64,000 nucleotides of DNA from Vitrella brassicaformis CCMP3155 (Eukaryota > Protista > Chromerida): positions 62,001-126,000 of the forward strand of contig CDMY01000238.1 of assembly GCA_001179505.1 (NCBI GenBank). Reading direction: 5' to 3'. The position numbers were made by a program, and so were the translations under genes. Below, one piece after another: positions 23,501-36,485 of the stretch. The notes under the pieces are model-generated. The model had not been told where the DNA came from, made no database searches, and saw nothing but the letters and a program-made list of their open reading frames with translations. Every line of letters starts with the position of its first letter. Within the stretch, counting starts at the first letter, position 1.

Positions 23501-25636
23501 TGACACAGGAGTGTGTGGGCGAGATGGCGAGGCTGGCGGGGTGTCTGGCCCTTGAAGGTGCTGGCGACGCGCTGAAAGGGGTGGTGGTGACGGGCAGCGG
23601 GTGTGCGGCTGGGGCACATGATTCACATGGAGGTCCGTTTGAGGAAGAGAGACAGGACAGGACAGCGTGATAGCACTTGGAGCGCCTGTGTGCAGTGATG
23701 CGTCGAATGTGGGAGCTCCACCGAACTCAGAAGAAATCCGACATCACCATAAAGGTGTGAGGAACTGCGCCATGATTTCGTCGCCGCCTCACGGTCCGCT
23801 CGTCCCCCTCTGTGTGCAGGTTGAGTCGTGTGAGTTCGAGTGTCATCGGGCCGTGTTGTCTTGCCGCAGTCTCTACTTCAACAACATGTTCACTTTGGGA
23901 TTCAGTGAGGCCACCGGAGCCCCAGACGACTGCCCCACAGAGTCGCCCACCAATGGCGGTGAGTAGACACTCGGGGAGGGAGCGAGGGAGGGAGGGTCGG
24001 AGGGAGGGAGCGATAGAGGGATGGGCACACACATGTCGTCTTGGTGCAGACCCCTCTGAGTTCCGCCCGGCGAGTGAGCTGTTCTTGCAGGAGCATGACG
24101 ATCTTGCGTCGAGGAGAGGTGTCAGCGGCGCCTCTTCTGTGCCGCCCTCGTCGGTCACTCTCCAAAGCATCAGGTGGATTTAAAGATGGCACGATCCCAA
24201 ATGGTCTGCAGCACTTTGTTGTACGGTCTGTCGATTCAGTGCGGATGTGTTCGAGCATGTGGTCGCTTTCGCTTACGACCCGCTCCACGGCCCAAACATC
24301 CCACCAGCAATGCTCTCGCAGGTGTTTCAGTCGTATGCTATCATGCACCCGTGCGTATGGCAACACTCGACTGATGTATTGGCCGCCTGGTGTAGGTATT
24401 GGAGCTGAGTCGCTTTCTGGGCATGCCGTCTCTCCAGCGGCTGTGCGAACAGCGCCTCATACAACACATCAACGTCAAAACTGTCATACAGGTATGCACC
24501 ACACACATACCCAGACAGCCAAGAGGCCCATTCGCGCTGGTTCCCTCTTGTCAGATCTTCCATTTCGCCATCGAGATGCGGTGCGCCTTTCTGCTCTACT
24601 TCACGTTGCGCTTCCTGCGAGTCTTCCCTCTCCCGCACAAAGTCAAGACCAGCCCAAGCCTTTGGGAGCACCTGCCCGACGCGGCCCTGCACCACCTCTC
24701 CCACTGGTTTGGAGTCGACCTCGTCATGCTGCGCGACAAGAGACGCGCCAAAGACAGTGGCGAGCCGCGTGACCGTTCTCCTGCCCCTCCTGCTGCTGAT
24801 GGCGAGCAGACGGCAGAGGCCAAGCCTGCTGATGGCGAGAAGAAGGGTGACGAGAAGAAGGGCAAGGGCAAGCGGAAGACAGCCAAGGAGAGGAGGGAGG
24901 AGGAGAGGACGGCCAGGCAGCGCGCCAAGAAGGAGAGGGAGACGGCCTACCTCAAGGACCGATTTCGGCGCGTGACGGACATCCTGTGGATGGAGAGGGA
25001 CGTGCGGGTGCTCTTCCAGGTCCTCACACACGCATACTTCGGGTATCGCGAGAAGGGCGACCCTGGGGTGAGGTACGGCACGGAGGGGGCGAGGATTGGT
25101 GGTCTCACTGCGACGGACGAGGACGAGCCGGACCCATTCGATGAGTACATGGACCGGATGGCTACTGAATGGGACTACACCTACCGCCCTGACCTCGGTG
25201 GGCAGCTGGACACCTACCGGTTTAGGGATTCAGTAGGTCATTTGTGTGCTGTGTGTTTGTTGCAGATGCGGAGTTCCGGCTGTACTATCGCACCTTGGCC
25301 CAGGAGAGTGACCTCCGCTTTCTCCACCCTCCATCGTCTCCCAAATCCCTCTCGGCGTCACCCGTCACGCGATCAGGTCGCCAAGACAGAGCCACCACAG
25401 CATACTGTGTTTTTATTCTGCTCGTGGATCCGTCTCTGTTTGGTGTAGGTTCGGATTTGTGTGTGGATGGGCGCGGTGTGTCGTCAGGTTTAGGTCGTCA
25501 GATATCTGAGCTGATCCGTGACATGCGACACAAGAACCCATTCGACGTGCTCAAAGAGGAGATGCATGACAATGGTGACGACGATGATGATGCGTGTGAG
25601 AGTGACGAAGAGTGTGAGCAAGATAAGTTGACATAG
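20504..25636 (+). CDS. Kelch-repeat + tandem BTB/POZ protein (LZTR1-like architecture)
   Basis: Kelch-like NGSVFAYGGKD...NSLLVY and GPYVVFGGQS. BTB1: CADYVLHV...VHLHRFLL...CQYLYTG. BTB2: FECHRAVLSCRSLYFNNMF...FSEA, FEHVVAFAY, LELSRFLGMPSLQRLCEQRL. The start is uncertain. Confidence 0.8.
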
Positions 25637-25869
25637 GCCATATGTACGTGCGTCGTCAGGCAGGTTTGGTCAAGTCATGTGATGATTGATTGCATGCGAT
25701 ACGACATAGAGGTGTCCTCAATTCATTGTTCGCCCCATGCACACTGACTTCACTTCAAACTGCCCCGTCCCCCACCCCTGCCCTCGCCGTACACGGCGAC
25801 CAAAAAAGGCGGACACACGCACGCGCACACGCACACAAGCGGAAGAGAGCGACGAGAGGGGGCGGTCGC

Positions 25870-27345
25870 TCATCCCCTCTTCATCGGCTGGTTGGGCTGG
25901 TTCTCGCGATTGGAAGGCTTGGCCCACTCGACCTGACATAATGAAACCCAGCAGAAGGCGACGTTGCAGAGGTACGTAAGATTGCCATCCGCACACACAG
26001 GAATGCTCACGTTCAGGATGAGGTGGTCATATCCATGTCCATTGAGCCGCTTGATTGCCGCAGCCGCATCGTCCCGCCGCGCGTAGGTCACGAAGGCGAA
26101 GCCCTTGGACTGTCGGCTGTCCTTCTGTTTGGCGAGGAAGATGCGGGAGACCTTGCCGATGGAGCCGAAGAGCTCGCCGAGGTCGGCCTCGCGGACATCC
26201 TCACTCAGGTTGGTCACACGCACGGTGCACTCCTCCTTCTGCTGCTGCTCCTGCACACACAATTATACACAGAACACAGACAATGGATAAACACATGTGT
26301 TGGGCGAGGGTGGTGTGTATGTGTGTGTGCGGCTGACCAGCTGCCTTGCGCCAGCCCTCTGAGAGGGCGGGACGTATTTGCCGGGTTTGCTGGGGTCGCG
26401 AGCGGCCTGCTGGGGGCCGGTGGGGTCCTTGACGTCCACCTTGTCAACGACCTCATCCTGCACACACAGACCAGACATGATGGATGGGATGAGAATCGGT
26501 GTCGGCAAAGCTTCACTCACACGAGTGCTGACCTTTTTCTCTTCCTCGTCTTCCTTCTTCCTATATTTGGCCCAGATGTTCTGCTTGGGCTGCAGGTCGA
26601 ACGCATACCAATCGTCGTCACCCTCCTTCTCTGCACATGCATGCGCACACAGAGACCGGTCAACGGCGCGCTGTGGTGGTGTCGCGGCGCATCGTGTCTG
26701 ACCCTGCATGATGGCCATGTATGCGTTGTTCTGGGGCATCTCGATCTGCAGGTCCTCGTGGTGCGGCACGGTCGTGCTGTCGTCCTCCTGCATACACGTA
26801 CAAGCAATTTGAGCATCTTCTTGCCAGCGTGTGTCTGTGCCTACCCCTCCGGCAAGCGCTCCGAATCTGACGAGGTCCTTACGCGCCTCGACGTTCTTGT
26901 TTAGGCGGTAGCGACGCACTCCAGAACGGATGCGCTTCGTGATCTGAATCAACACACCAAGGAACAGCATCATGCCTTGGCCAGCCATCCGTCTTCCGGT
27001 GCTTTGCCGACCTTGAGTGTCTGGCCCCGGTCATTCACCTCATAGTATGTCACCGTGCGGATACCTGCACACACACCATCAGACACACACACACGTCCAT
27101 GTCAGGTCTCCATGTGCATGTCTGCTGTCTGTCTGTCTGTCTGTCCTTGCAGACTGCATACCGTTCTCGTCAGGCGCAGACTCGAATCGTTCGTTGCGGT
27201 GGTCGCCTCCCCTTAGCAGGATGGGCTCGTCATCGGCCTCATCGGCCCACGCGCGGCGCTCAACTGAACAGGCACACACACACACACACGCACACACACG
27301 TGGGAAGACGAACAATCCGATGTGTCCATGTCTTGAGACAGACAT
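25870..27345 (-). CDS. EIF3G: Eukaryotic translation initiation factor 3 subunit G
   Basis: RRAWADEADD, GKYVPPSQR, and the RRM CTVRVTNLSEDVREADLGELFGSIGKVSRIFLAK...SKGFAFVTY...AIKRLNGHGYDHLILNV|EWAKPS. Confidence 0.95.
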
Positions 27346-27651
27346 TGCGCTGCAAGCGTCAGCCTGTGGGTGATGTCGTGTCTTCCCTTATCTGCCTCAT
27401 TACCCCTGCCTCGCCCTGTCCTCTCCCCTGGTGCGTCATCGCTCACCTGCTGCTGCCATTGTCGTCGAAGCTTCTCAAAGATTTCGCTTCTTGCTGCCCT
27501 CCAACACGCCTGCAGGCCTCTGTGACTTCCAGTCAGCCCCGGACTTTTGTGCGAGCTTGAGTGCGAGCTTCCTCGAGCAGGGAAAGGAGGAGGAGGGACA
27601 AAGGATTAGAAGGAGCGTCTACGTTTCTTGCTGCTCGTAGCTGTTCGTCCC

Positions 27652-28223
27652 ATGGTGTGCGAGAAGTGTCAGAAGAAGCTCTCGAAGCTCGTGACGCCCG
27701 ACGCGTGGAGGGACGGGGCACGCAACACCACCGGAGGAGCAGGTGGGTCGGTCGCGACACAAGCGGACAGGGAATGCCATCGTTCATCGTCTCATCTTTC
27801 GTCGCTCCGTGTCTTGTGTTTCGCCAGATGGTGGGAGGAAGGTGGGAGGCAATGTTTTGACGGACAAGAAGTCCAAATTCAGGTTAGTCCATACTCGCAA
27901 CTGAGAAGGAGACTCAGTTTAATCAAGATGGTTGTGTGTGTCGGTGTGTCTGTGCGGTCAGGGCAAGTCCGTATGGCTTGGCTGCTGGCCACTGTAAGCT
28001 GTGCAAGTCGTCATTACACCAGGCCGGCGTCTACTGCAGCGACTGGTGAGTACCGGCACTCACTGACAGACAATGACAGCACGACCGACAACAGAATCGT
28101 GTGGTCCTGTGTGTGTCCGTGTCTGTGTATGTGTGGTTCTGCAGTGCCCATAAGAAGGGGCGGTGTGCGATGTGCGGCAAGAAGATGGTGGACGTGTCCT
28201 CCCACAACATGGCCCTCACATGA
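27652..28223 (+). CDS. CRIPT: Cysteine-rich PDZ-binding protein CRIPT
   Basis: MVCEKCQKKLSKLVTPDAWRDGARNT...GGRKVGGN...CKLCKSSLHQAGVYCSDC|AHKKGRCAMCGKKMVDV. Confidence 0.92.
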
Positions 28224-28981
28224 CGATCGGACGCTGCGAATGGTGGCGCGGCGTCATATCGTGACGGGTGAGCTACCAGCGCAGCAGCGTTGCTCTGGAG
28301 GCGGAATGGCTGACATATCTTTCTTTGGTGTGTCTGCTGGTGCGGTTTGTCTTCAGGTAGCTTTCCTCTTTCTCTTTGCTCTTTCTTTATCGCACCTCTG
28401 TTGCCGACTCCCTCCCTGGGTGTGAAGCGTACCATTCTGTATGCTATGTGCTCGTCTTTCTGCAGCGATATGATTGAGCACCGCTGATTGACATCGTGTT
28501 CACACCCACATCTCACCTGCTGATGTGAGCGGGAATATGATGTGTTGAGCGATGGTCAAATGTTGCCGCAATGGGCGTGCGAGTGTATATGCTGTTGGCT
28601 GGACGAGGCTATCTGCGTCTTTTTGTGTGTGATGGCCGGATGGCCGCACAGTGCATGCGACAGACCAATGTGTGTACAGCCCTGACGGATTCATGATATT
28701 GCATTCACGTGTGCAGAGAGAGGCTCTTGCATCAATACGTACAACCACCAACTCAACGTTGGTTTGTCGACGGTCGGTCTCCATTGCAGGGTTCGGTCTG
28801 CAGGGTTCGGTGCTGGGTTTGGGTTATAGGGCACTCAAACCCGTCACCAGCGCCGGTTTCGCCATCACTCCCTTTCCCCTTTCCGCCTCCCCACCAGGGG
28901 CTTAGAGGCTATCTATCCTTCGCTGATGCCACCATTACGCGCCCTTCTTCCAATCTCGGCGGATGGTTCGCCGCCCATCTC

Positions 28982-30548
28982 ATGAACCGTTCTCCAGGCA
29001 GCTTCACAGAGCCTGCCGACACACTGGACAGCACAGGTTATCCCTTTCCGCCTTTCCCGTCACCCTCTTCTGCTGCTGGTCGTCGCGTCAGACCAGCGGC
29101 TGACAGAACAAGCGCCGAGAGCGGCAGTCCTCCACTGGCTGCTTCACATGGCGGGCATATGGTGAGCACAGCGATAGAAGTGACCACGATGAGTGGCTGT
29201 GCAATTGTTGATGCTTGTGTTGATGTCTGTTGTGAATGGCTCAGGAACGAGGAAAGAAGCGGAGTTTGGGTCCTCTCGACGAGGCAATGGTCGAGACGCG
29301 CTCAGACAAGAGGAGGAGGTGGACGCCCGACATTGAGCCGCCATCCAGCAGTGGAAGCGGTGACGACGAAATCCTCTCGGGGTCAGTAACGAGGCGGGAC
29401 GATCATCTGGACTGAACTGCAGCCAGAGATCACTGTCTGTGACATTTCAGGTCCACAGCGCCTCCATCTGAGTCGGCTCCTCTGCTCTTCGGCCCCTCCC
29501 CTCCCCCTCCCCCGCCCTCCAGCGCCCACAGGCAGCCATCTCCACCTCTCCCCTCACGCCATCTGTTCGAGCCCCCAGTGACGCACCCCTCTGTGCCGCC
29601 GTTCCCCTTCAACAGCCACGGCGATGCCAACAAGAAGTGGCCTCACCGGCCCCCATCGCCTCCTCCCCTCTCGAGCGGATCGTTCTCGTGCGTCAATCCC
29701 CCTGTTCTGGAGGGGCAGCACGACACTGGCGGCCCCATGTTGTCCCGCTATCGGTCGGAGGACCACCATGCGAGCGCTAAGCACGCCAGCGGAGCGCCGC
29801 GGCCACTGGTCCAACAGCAGGCTGATGTTGAGATGCGGCCATCAACGCCGGCCATCCCGCTCCCCTCCCCCCGGCCGTCCCGCTCGACGTCATCGTCCGG
29901 CTCGTCGTCGGGTGCGTCGCCCCAGTTTCGCGGCATGTCGTTGAATCCGCCGCCCGGTCGGCTGCTAGAGCTCGGAGAGAGGGAGGCGGGCCGAGGGGTA
30001 CGGCACTTCTCGCATGCCGCCTCCATGGGTGGTGTGAGCGGCGCCATGACGCAAGAAGAGGTGAGAGAGATGAACGAGGCGACTCTCTTTATTGAGGGAC
30101 TGCAAATCACGCTTTTGTTGGTTCCTCTATCCGTGTTGAGCAGATTCTGCGCGTGCGGCGGGCGCGTAAACGGCCCCGCAAGCACACCCCTCCCCCGTCC
30201 CACCTGGTCCCCCACCTCCCCCACCGTCGCGTACAGGCCACTTCGAGCGCCGCTGCCGGGCCGCCCCAGCCGGCCGGTCGGCTGCCGTGCATCCCCGAGT
30301 TGGACGAGAACGAGGAGGAAGGCAACAACGACACACCGCCAGCTGAGAGGAATGCTGGCGGTGAGAGCGAAGAGAGGCGGGCGGATGGGGATAGCCACGG
30401 CCACGGTCACGGTCACGGGCAAGGAAGCGAGGAGTGCGGGTGTCACCGTGGTGGTCAGCCTGGGACTGGCAGATGTCCAATGGAGCTGTCGCCAGTCGTG
30501 CAGTCGCCCACCGCAGCATCGGCACCCCATCCCCACCCCCCTGCATAA
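28982..30548 (+). CDS. Hypothetical Pro/Ser-rich low-complexity protein
   Basis: GT-AG exons join KKRSLGPLDEAMVETRSDKRRRW, the long ORF 29578-30060, and MTQEE|ILRVRRARKRPRK...PHPHPPA*. No domain recognised. Confidence 0.5.
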
Positions 30549-30659
30549 CGATGAACAAGATTACATACATGGCCTCTTTTGCGTTCGAGGGGTGTGCCGT
30601 AGCTACTCTCTCTATCGCTGATGTCAGTGGCTGAGCGAGTGAGTGGAGCGATTTTTCGC

Positions 30660-33447
30660 GTCATGCATCCTGCAGATGGGTGGCTGTATGAGATATCTAT
30701 CGCTCGGGCTGGGGGGGGAGGGGGTATGCAGAGGAGCGTTCGTACAGTGGATATGCAGACAGCCAGATAGACAGGCGAGTGCTGCTTGCTCCCATGTGGT
30801 GTGGGAGCAAGTGGTGCGAGGCTGTTCATGTTGGTCAGATTGGCCAAAGCGCTCAAAGAGCCAAATGGCACACGTGTACCCATCCATACACACATGCATG
30901 CTGTACAGATACCCATACATCCTTCCACACAGCGAGAGACGAGAGAGAGAGAGAGAGAGCTCTGAACTGATGTGGCAGGAGTAGCCAAACAGGCAGAGAG
31001 GAGAGGAGAGGATGATGAGTGCAGTCGGTGCGTACAGATGTAGTCGGCGGCTGCTGACTGGCTGGCAGCATGGGTGCACTTACTCTGTGGTTGCTGACGT
31101 GTACGTCACAGCGACAAAGATGATTTTTGAGATACGTGAACATGTATGCGTGGACAGAAACATGCTCCACGAGTGTCAGCTGCTGAATGAGTGGGTCATT
31201 CTCGATAATACGAACATGAACACACGCTGCGATCAACACCACCCACTGCCACCAGCAATGTCCGCCTGGCTGTGTTGCTCGCCACTCGCTCACTCATTAA
31301 GTGCCTGTCTCGCCTGGACTTTCTGGCCTTCTTAAACCGGCTCTTGCGCACCTCGCACCACCCATCGCCGCCCACACGCACCATCCCCTCCTGCCCTTCC
31401 TTCTCCTTCTGTGTGGTGGACGTGATGGACATGGCACTGTCACTCGACGTCGAACTGAGCTGCGACAGACTCTCATCAGCGTCACGCGACTGAGGCACAC
31501 CCACGCACACGCACCCCAACACCAACAGATGAAGAGACGGATGGCTCTGTGCGTGTGCCGTGCATCGTGTGTGTGGACCTCATCCAGGTGCGATGCGGGG
31601 ACGTCGTGCAGCTTGCGCTTGGGGGAGGCCGACAACCTGAGCAGACACGATCGGATGGATGGCCCCACAAAGAATGGCGGTGTTGTCTGTCGTCCACCTA
31701 CGTGCGTGGCCGGTCTTTGGTGTCGGTATAGGATGTGGTGTTTGGGCTGGTGGAGGTGGAGGTGGGAGGAGGGTCCTGCTCGTGACAACCGATAGCCGAG
31801 TACTGCGACACACACGCAGCCTCGTAGTCGTAATCGTCGAGGACAAGGTCTTCCTGACGTCGCAGGCATTGTACGGAAGAGAGAGAGACGCTCGTCCGTC
31901 TTTGTGATAATCTGCGTACTTGTGTGTCGTTGGTTGGCTGTATGTGAGTGTGTGTTGCATCGTCCGTGTCGCCGATCATGCTCAACAGCCGATGAATCGC
32001 GCGGCTCGTGTAGGGATCCTCCACCGCGCGACCCGACGCCTCAAACGCACACACAGTAGTCTGAAACACAGAACAACCCGCCACACCACACCACACACAG
32101 TCGTGTGCATACCATGCTTATGTCTCCTTTGGCTGTGTGCTGACCTGCCGATCGATGTCAGCCTCGCCACTGTCGTCTTGCTCATCATCCCGTTCCAGGG
32201 TGATGATGGATCTCGACGTCTCGTCGCTGCGCACCAGAACCACACTGCATCCACAAAGACACACAAATGACAAATGGGGGTGAGGTCTCGAGATGTGTGT
32301 GTCGTGTGCCTTTGTGTGTATACGTGTCGTCTTTGGATAGATCCATGGTCCATGAGGTGCCGTCGTCGCATGTCAGCAGATCATCGAAGCTCCTCAGACA
32401 CAAACAGACTTGCTGCAGGAAATCCATCCATCCATCCATCCATTCATCCATGCGGTCGGTGTGTCTTGGAGTGTGGTGTCGGCTGACCGAGTGCATGATA
32501 TCGAGTGTGGGCTCGATGCCCTCCATCCCCTCACGCATACGATAGTCGTGGATGAAACGAACCTGACGCAGGCTCACAGAGACACAGGTAAGCTGCCGCA
32601 AGTGTGTGTTTGCGTGTGTGTACTTTGACGATGTCTGGCACGGCGGATCTGTTGTCGACGCCAATCTCGCCCTCCTCACGCTCCAACTTACTGCATGTAC
32701 CACACACAGACGTACATGCGAGGCGGAACCTTTGTGTGTGAGTGTATTGGTCGCAATAGCACCATCTGACGTAGTCGATGGCTGCCCACACACGAGCAAC
32801 AGTGGAGGGAAGCCATCAAAACACAGGCTGGCCAAGTTGTTTCGGTTGTTTGTTTGCTTGCCTTGCATCTCCTGCTGCCCGTCGCCGATGACGACAGCAC
32901 GCCCCACCACACCGTCCACCTTCTCAAACACCTGAGCAAATGCCTCCTCCTGCACAACCACACACACACAGAGCCGCAAACCAACGAATGAATGATAGAG
33001 TGGTCTGTCGCCCTCACCCTTGCCCCATGCTTTTCTGACCTTCCATGTGTATGGTGTCGTCTTGCCGCTGAAGAGGTCGCGGGCAGAGATGATCTCCACA
33101 CCTTCCTCGATGAGCAGGCCCCACAGCCGCGGCATGAAATCCTGCATGGTGTCCCTGATCCATGGCATTCTGCCGTTGCTGACAATCACCACCACACTGC
33201 GGCAACATCCGCCCAGCCCGCCGTCGCCGCCACAGGCCTTGCTGATGAGGTCCAGGCAGGCGCTCTCGTGGTCGAAGATGGCCGTGGCGAAGCAGCTGTT
33301 GACCTTGTATCGTTTGTCGTACTGCTGCGTGGTCATCCACGATGTGTAGAAGAGCGTGTCGTCATAGTCGAGCAGCCACAGGGTGATGGGGTGTTGCGGA
33401 CGGGCAGCTGGACGGGCAGGGGAGGTGCCGCCAGTGATCTCCGCCAT
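30660..33447 (-). CDS. HAD-superfamily protein with long disordered C-terminus
   Basis: Motif I LLDYDDTLF, motif II VIVSNG, IISARD...WK, motif IV VVIGDGQQE. Further in-phase exons continue to about 30.7 kb; the 3' end is approximate. Confidence 0.72.
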
Positions 33448-33697
33448 CGTATGACGAGCTAGCGCGGCCTCTTCAACACTGATGGCTCCACAAACGATTT
33501 GCAAAGAGAAAAACCAACTCCGAGCCGAAAGGCAGAGGTCTGAATGTTTACTGTGAGTCAATCAGTTTCACAGACCTCTAACGTTTCAGAGACCTCTAAC
33601 GCAACCACGGGGGAGAGTGATCTGCCTTGTATGCCTTCGATGCACTCTTCCATGCAGCAGTTGGGTCCACATTGAGCTGTGATCTACGTCAAGGTCG

Positions 33698-34235
33698 ATG
33701 GCGACGGGCCTCCTGCGTGCCGGCAACCTCAGCGCGTGTCTGAGGCAGGAGAAGGCCTCATGCCCCGCCATCGAGAACATCGTGTGAGCACAGCAAAAGC
33801 AACAGAGAGATGCAGCGTCTCAATGTCATCTGCCTTCATTCGCTGTGCTTTTTCATCGTGGCAGGCTGTATGAGTTGTCTGGCGGGGTGGTCGCAGCTGC
33901 AGAGAAGGCAGACGAGGAGCAAACAATCATCGTCGGTGAGAGGGATCAAGGCAGTCATCAGTCTGTGCTGTGACCCTTGCATCCCTTCTCGCTCTGCTGC
34001 TGCAGGTGCTGTGTTAGTGAATGTGTACACCGAGTACATCGCCTTCTCGGAGCAGTCCAACCAGCCGCTCAACACGGTGCTGCTGAGCACACAGCACAAG
34101 ACGATAGCCATGACGGCCATCGGCAACCTCATCCTCTGTGTGGTCGGCACCAAGGACGCACCACCAGGACTTCTGCAAAACAAGGTCTGTCAGGACACAC
34201 AGACATACTAGGCATCAGTGCACCTGTTCCCTGGC

Positions 34236-34271
<36 letters not shown>

Positions 34272-34327
34272 AGATGGAGCTGTTGAGAAACAACCTGACG
34301 CCGATATTTCGGGCGCTTGGGTATTGA
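33698..34327 (+). CDS. Roadblock/LC7-fold protein, LAMTOR2 (Ragulator)-like
   Basis: MATGLLRAGNLSACLRQ...GAVLVNVYTEY...VLLSTQHKTIAMTAIGNLILCVVGTKDAPPGLLQNK|MELLRNNL parallels LAMTOR2 MLRPKALTQVL...VAITRVANLLLCMYA..V.FGMLKAK. Confidence 0.65.
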
Positions 34328-34651
34328 GGCCTGCCTGTACGTTCCTGTAGAGTGCTCGTGGTTGGTCTTGACCAGGGGTGTGCTGTACAGAAGCTGTATG
34401 AGCCCGAGCGTACTTACTCACCGATGTGTTCCAATGCGACATTTTCACGCAGACACACCAGGGAAAACTCACATTAAACATATCCGAACACGCACTCTCG
34501 GGTCCCGCCTCAACGCGTAGCCAGTTGGACACACAACACGGCTTAGAATGGTGCATAAAAACTCATTCTAGTGTTAACAAAGTCAAACAAACAGCCTTCA
34601 AAGCCGACCGAACCCCATCGCTTCCCCTTTGCCTGCGTGTATGTCTCACTG

Positions 34652-36225
34652 TTACAGGTCATGATGCGTGATAGGAATCTCTGCTTTGGTCGCCATGTCC
34701 CACACTTTCCTCAGCCTGACCTGCTGCTGACTAAACACAATGTACTCGTCCCCGGTGACCATGGCCGTCACGTGTATCGAGTCGTACTTTTCCTGCTGCA
34801 GGCTCTGGAGGGTGTGCTGGGCGATCTGGGCCTTGGTGATGGTCTTGACCCTCCCCAGGTACACTCTGGCCTCGATCATGCAGCCGCGGTGGAGGGCCTT
34901 GTTGTTGGTGATTTGCTCGGACGCCGCACTGAAGAGACACACACGCGCGCACGTACATGCAGAGACAGCACATTCACGCCATGATGTGTCATGTGCTTAC
35001 AAGTAGATGCCGCCCCCAACGAGACCGCCAGTACCAGGCTTCATGTTGCGACCCGCCGCGATCGCCTGACCTGCCGCTATGGATGTCTGGTGGTACAGCG
35101 TGACGGCCTTGGGGCAGTCTTTGGCCCAGTGCTTGCTGTCCTTGTCGCCAGACAGACGGCAGTAGTGCTGCTTGTGCTTCGTCTTGCACCCCTTGACGAG
35201 ACATTTCATGCAGTCCCTGGTCAGGTGGTCGTTGATCTTGCCGCATCGACGACACTTGTGTCTCGAGTGGTCCTTTCGGCAGCCCCGCACAGGGCAGCGA
35301 GGTGGGGATGGAGAGCGGCCGCGAGACGACGAGCCGCCGCCCTGCTGAGATGAGATCGTCAGGTTGCTGAGCAGCATGGCAGCCAGCAGCCGCTGATCGA
35401 CCGCCTGAGGGAACAGACAGGTGCATGCAGGTGAAGAGCCAGACAGTGGTGTTTGTGGTGGGCGCGTGTGCCCACCGGGGCTGCATTGGCGCCCTGTTCG
35501 TTGCTGCTGTTCTGCTGGCATGAGGCGCCTGCTGGTGGCGACTGCATCATCGATGCCAGCAGCTGCGCCGTCAAATGCTGCAAAGAGACACAGCATCGGA
35601 GTCACTTGCACCCGTACGTCAGGGCACTTCTGCACCTGCATCAGATCGGGCTGCATCGGGTTGTTGCCGGCACATGACGTCGAAGAGGCCGACGTGCTGG
35701 CCTGCGACCGTGATCTCCGTCGGGACCGCCGGCCGGATGCGCTCGAACGAGCCTGACACAGACAGCATCAGCCATAGGAGACACGATTCAGCCTTCACAT
35801 CCACCAGCCCCGTACAAGTCACCTCCGAGTCAGACTTTGAGCTGTCCGAGTCATTGCCGTCATCTCCTTCTCCGCCCGAGTCGCTGTCGCCGGCCTCCGG
35901 TGAGGGCTTCTTGAGCGTGGGGCATGCAGACGAGTAGTGATCAGAGTCCTGCAGCCAGGCAAACAGACGGAAACGCATCGGTGTTTCGGTGCATCATTGG
36001 CATTCGTTCTTAGTTGAACAGGACCGTGTCGCCGCAGGTTTTGCAGTAGTGCTTGCCCGTCCTCTGGCAGTTGGGGTGAGTGCAGGAAGGGATCTTGCAG
36101 CCGCCGGACTTACTCGCCTGACAGACAGACAGACAGACAGACAGGGACGCATCAAGCACCGAAGTGAGATGTGTCCAGGATGAGCGAGCGGTCCGTCATC
36201 AAGCCAATCTTCCCACCTGCGACAT
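34652..36225 (-). CDS. Three Zn-finger modules + H-Y-E ADP-ribosyltransferase (PARP/Gig2-like ART)
   Basis: In-phase exons: MSQ|ASKSGGCKIPSCTHPNCQRTGKHYCKTCGDT|DSDHYSSACP, then a linker, two more fingers (CPVRGC..., CLVKGC...), TLYHQTS, GLVGGGIY|FAA, CMIEARVYLG, KYDS and TGDEYIVF. Confidence 0.85.
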
Positions 36226-36485
36226 TTGACGATGCGCCGGTTGCCGCACCACCTCCCACACTCTTCAGGGCGTTCCCAGCTCCCTTTCTGTCGTGTGCGA
36301 GCTAGTCTCGTAATCCTGTTCCTTCGACCTGCGACGCCTATTCCTGGAGAGTAGCTATGCCTACCTCCCATTCCTTTCCCTTCCACGGTGACGTCGAGGC
36401 TCGTTTGTGCCCTTCTCTTGCCGTCCCTGACCATTCAGATCTCAGCCGATCTCTTGTTTCTCTCATCCGCTTCGCACCTGCCTCC

